Shown here piece after piece: positions 60,051-64,000 of a stretch of 64,000 bases of DNA. The stretch spans positions 21,514,001-21,578,000 of the forward strand of contig CM060731.1 of the NCBI GenBank assembly GCA_030704615.1, written 5' to 3'. The notes under the pieces were generated by a model, which had not been told where the DNA came from, ran no database searches, and was given only the letters and a program-made list of their open reading frames with translations. A program made the translations under genes and the position numbers. How positions within the stretch are numbered: the first letter of the stretch is position 1; each line of letters begins with the position of its first letter. This DNA comes from Takakia lepidozioides (lineage: Eukaryota > Plantae > Bryophyta).

Positions 60051-60480
60051 CCTGAATGACAACAATTAAACATCATACTGAGACAAGAGAAGCAGTCAAG
60101 GACACAGTCATGCATATGGCAGCAAGTGATCACCCTTCAAACATGATTGAAAACATACATGAGGTCAAAGGCAATAAGAAATCAGCAAATGGTACTGCAG
60201 CTAACAGTTGGAGTGTCTTTAAAGACAAAGGGAAGAGAAAGAAACACTTCACTGGCAATGAGGGGAGGCTGTGGAAACGCCAAGAGGATGGCACAAATGA
60301 TAGAAATAACAGGGCTGGGCAAAGGATCCTGCAGGAAGAAGAAAGGGTATGTCAGCATGGAAAGGACGTGCGGCTCATTCCAACAGAAAGGGGAACATTC
60401 GTGCAGTTAAGTACAACAACCAATTGCCCTTCAATTATGGCTGGAATTTTCCAAAAGGCGAGGGATGATAAGGATGAGAT

Positions 60481-63165
60481 TGTACTCATAAGACGTTGTT
60501 TGCCGTAGCCTTGTGGCCATTGACCCCGCGCCCAGTTTCAGTGGGAACAAAAGGAACAGGGCTGACGTTGGTAGTAAGACTTACCATCGTATAAGGAATT
60601 AATCCGGGTTTTCCAGATATCCTCTAGAAAACCCTTCACACAAGCATCAATCTGTTGTGTGTGATTTGCCCAAAAACTAGGCCTCAGGTGGGCCTGGGCT
60701 TTTGGCTCAGTCTCGAGACTTTCAAAGTTGGTAAACAGGGGTACAGGCACAATTCCCTATTGGAAAATGAATATTGTCTTCAGATTGCCCACACAACGGA
60801 CAATTGCACTCTCCCTTTCCTCTCTGCTTCTGTTTGCTGTTCAAAGGTAGGCTTCCTGCCCTGAGTTTAAATTTCAGTCTAGTGCCGAGAGTGGGTAGAC
60901 CCTTGAGGTCATCCAAGATGTCCACCCCCATGTCACTGACTGGAAACAAGTTCAGGGAAGTTCTCTGCCTAACTTCATTTTCATCAGACAATCTCATGGC
61001 AACAGACATGGCCTCAGACACTACAGCCTCTAAGGCAGATTTATCCAGCAGGGTCAAGACTTGCGGATCCAGGTCCAGGTCCTTGAGAATCTTTTCTACT
61101 CTCTTCTGCCAGGACTTAGCCTGTTTGACAGGGCGGTCCTGTTTCCAAGATATAGAGTCAATCAACTTAGGATATCTGGTGTTGGGCATATGTTGCAGCT
61201 GACCCCACCATCTGACCTTGAATTCATCTCGTCGGGAGCTTAAGGATGGAATGCCAAACTCACCCCAAACAGCCACATTGGCTGTTTTGGAGCATGCTGA
61301 CATACACTCCTTAAGCACCCCCACTTGAATGGATTCTAGAGACTTAGCCTGGTTGGAGTTATCAACCCATATAGCAGATCCGTACTCCAAGGCAGGTCTA
61401 ATAACGCGACAAAGCATGGTTTTCTTAACCTCAGAGATGACCCCTCTGCAGTGGAAAAATTTAGTGAGCCCCAGAGCTTTGCCCTTGCCAGTTCGAACAA
61501 CTTTCCGGATATGTGCATCCCAATTACAATTGGAGGAAAACTCAACGCCCAGGTAAGTGTAGGAAGGGAGGATCGGGATCTCTTGGCTACCCCACTGCCA
61601 CTTAAGATCACTTCCTCCCTCTCCTCTGTCGTTGAATGCTACCACTGCACATTTGCTGACATTAGCCTCTAGCCCCCAAAGATCAAAGTATCTCTTCGCG
61701 CAATTAATCAACTCCTGAGTGTGATGCCACGGTAGTTCCCCGGTTCTTCTCTGTCACCCTTCTTGTATAGACTGACAATGACCCCCTGTCGCCAGCGAAA
61801 GGGGATCATTTCAGTCTTCCAGATAAGGTTAAAGAGGAGAACTAGGGCCTCTATCATGGGATCGCCACCGTGCTTGATAAGCTCGTTGACAATACCATCA
61901 GGTCCACCAGCTTTATATCCATTTAAATGTTCAATTGCTTCCACAATCTCAGAAGAACTAATGGGAGCGTTATAAGCCATTGAAATATACTCCAGTTCAT
62001 CAGGGCTGTTTTGAATCATAGGAACAATTTTTCCAACTGTGTCCCTCCATTCAGCAGAAGACCCCTCACTGTTAGACCTAGAAGTTCTGCCAAGGATACT
62101 GTAGTGATTTTCAAAGGTTTTGACAATGTCAACCGATGAAGTCACCACTGCACCTTTAGTAGTCTTCAGCGCTTGTACTTGCTGACCGTTTTTAGGCTTG
62201 TACAAACGTTGAAGGGCCAACCATAATTTCTTGTCATTACCACCATGGTGGTTTGAGTTTATTTCACTGTATAACTTATCCCAGTATAATTTCTTCTGAG
62301 ACCTAACAAGCTGATTGATATCTTTCCGGAGCTGATAGTACCTCGCCCACAATTCTCTGTTGGTTTTCAAATTGCAGCACTCTTTATAGAGGGCTCGTCC
62401 TCACCAAAAGGCCCAATGATATCGTCCTGATGGAGCCCTTTGCCCACCCGGGCATTGAAGTCACCCAATAGCACTACCTGACCTTTGGCAAGGAACGAAG
62501 CACAGTCCAGCTTTACATCTTCGAAGGCTTTGTCTGCGTCAGCACTAAGGGTCCCCTCTGTGGGCATGTAAACACAACCCACAAAGAGGTCCTTCGTACT
62601 CATGCCGCCCTTCAGATTCAGTTTTAGCCAGATACTATGTTCGTACCTCAAACCCTTGTTGATAATTTCACAATTATCAAACAAGAAATCACGGACAAAG
62701 AATCCAACCCTTTTTTGACCGCGTTTGGCAGAGGCTGCCTTGAGAGTACACATCCTACCTGCCCATTTATAACCATTGACATCTCCAACCAGTTTATCCG
62801 AAGTTTCCCATGTTTCTTGCCCAACACAGATATGAATATCATTAGTCCGAAGGACTTGTCCCACTTCGAGTTGTTTCCTTTGGTAAGTAAGCCCTGAGAA
62901 GTTGAAAGTGGCCAGCCGCAAGCCAGCCCTTTGCATGTGAATTGTTTGTCGTCTAGGTAGCTTGGGATTGCTCCTGGACGCCCAACCGTTCTGCAAAGGG
63001 GGGACAGTTACCCCATGTGTAGATTTTGCTCGTCTTGTGTAAACTCTTGAGTACCAAATCCTTCAGATTCAGGACGTTCAGGTTCTGTACACTTAGGGGC
63101 ATCTTGTCCCTCTGGCTGTTTGGATTCAATAAGGATGAGAATAGGCCTGATACAGTGAGTACAAC
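60481..63165 (-). mobile_element. Non-LTR retrotransposon (LINE): APE endonuclease, RT with core deletion, C-terminal CCHC-like finger
   Basis: 62367-62996: ATFNFSGL..VGQETW..VGFFVR..CVYMP..LLGDFNARVG (APE). 61708-62370: KAGGPDGI..LFNLIW..IP..WRQGVIVSLYKKGDREEPGNYRGITL (RT domains 0-1). 60722-61711: YTYLGV..RPALEYGS..CPLCGQSEDNIHF. The YADD-containing core is missing. Boundaries approximate. Confidence 0.9.
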
Positions 63166-64000
63166 CATTGTGTCACGCCAATCATTATTAGGAAAGAAAA
63201 TAGGCCTAATGTGCTCATTACCTCTGATGACTGGGAATCTTGATGCACATGTCCTCCTGTCATTGCTGCACAACAATCCGCCACCACACCCGCATATCAT
63301 CACCGATCAGCCCAGGCCTGCCCCACATTCCCGCGCACTTACTTCATCCCCTTCGATTCCTGCCCTCTACATACATCACAACCTCAAACCTTCTCCCAAG
63401 TCAGTGCCCTCACCACATTCTGGTGCCCTCACCACATTGTCCTACCATGCCCTGTGGAGAGGAGGGGAGAGGAGAGGAGGAAAAAGAGAAAGCCTGCGGA
63501 AGGGAAGGCGAACGCGGGAGAGGAGGAGAAAGAAAAGAGAAAGCCGCGGGAGGTCAGGGGAGAAAGATCGTGGAGCGAAAAAAAAAAAAAAAAAAACAAA
63601 CATACAAAACGACGATTCCACTATTCGTTCCCGGGATGCATCGCGGCGGAATCGCCATTCTTACCACTACACTATCCCTAAAAACTCAACAACCCCCTCC
63701 TGTAAAATTATATTTAAGGTGTTTTAAACCCCCATCTGTATGTATAATGTTGTACATGGGGGGGTTTAAAATACCCCCTCCTGTGCACGCACGTGGCTAG
63801 TACATTTAATGAGGAGTGCACCCCCCAGGCCTCGGATGTGGAAGGAAGAGGAGGATGCACGAACCAAGGACATTGTTTTGCCCAAAAAATTGAAGAGGGT
63901 AAAATTGCCGACCTTGGTGATTGAGCAAGCGCATGACTTCATACTGAAGAACACCCCATCCATACATGAGTGGGAGGCAAGATACAATAATCTTGTTCAA

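Larger units (their letters stand above)
58928..63829. mobile_element. Unclassified TIR DNA transposon (16-bp TIR, 8-bp TSD) inserted in the CACTA transposase
   Basis: Left end CCCGGGGGGTGCACTC, right end GAGTGCACCCCCCAGG (1 mismatch). TSD CCTCGGAT at 58920-58927 and 63830-63837. Subterminal CCCC(C)T(C)CTGTA repeats at both ends. Confidence 0.88.
55042..64000 (+). mobile_element. CACTA (En/Spm) DNA transposon with intron-containing Tnp2/TnpD transposase, interrupted at 58928; continues beyond the window
   Basis: CACTACTAC terminus at 55042. Motifs HACPCD, YFPIIPRL, MRWH, DGVNPF, STWP..YNIPP, HDYPG, MHIEKNV, LKSHD and FFDIQVHLVVHL..GPVHSRWMY..ERYMK..PEGSMAEGY (Transposase_21/DUF4218-like). 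Resumes at 63838 with QAHDFILKN. Confidence 0.92.

Noticed and set aside
63026-63800. Long ORFs of 233 and 186 aa
   Set aside because: They arise from low-complexity C-rich, GA-rich and poly-A sequence at the TIR element end and are not credible proteins.

Overview
Eukaryotic nuclear DNA from a land plant, probably a non-seed plant (bryophyte/lycophyte/fern-like; inferred, not proven). It has spliceosomal introns, a DYW-PPR RNA-editing gene, SAUR genes and a Copia element with a half-tRNA-type primer site. Intact-looking genes: (1) a 13-exon gene (5117-14747, +) that splices in frame into a ~1404-aa Ca2+-activated RelA/SpoT homologue (CRSH/RSH4-type: degenerate HD, (p)ppGpp synthetase, 2 EF-hands) extended by a long linker and a C-terminal HAT/TPR array, the most unusual feature here; (2) an NCS1/PLUTO-like nucleobase transporter; (3) tRNA-Ser(AGA); (4) queuine tRNA-ribosyltransferase (TGT/QTRT1) with a GC-AG intron; (5) a TMEM220-like protein; (6) a DUF6816-like putative thylakoid protein; (7) a PLS-E-DYW PPR; (8) a three-copy SAUR cluster. 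A frameshifted IFI44-like P-loop GTPase remnant lies inside the SAUR cluster. Mobile DNA includes a PHD-finger-tipped Gypsy integrase with its 3' LTR, tRNA-derived SINEs, a hAT MITE, many pieces of one LINE family and a fold-back. The right end holds a four-level nest: Copia > CACTA > unclassified 8-bp-TSD TIR element > LINE. Exon models and family assignments were made by eye, without database searches.
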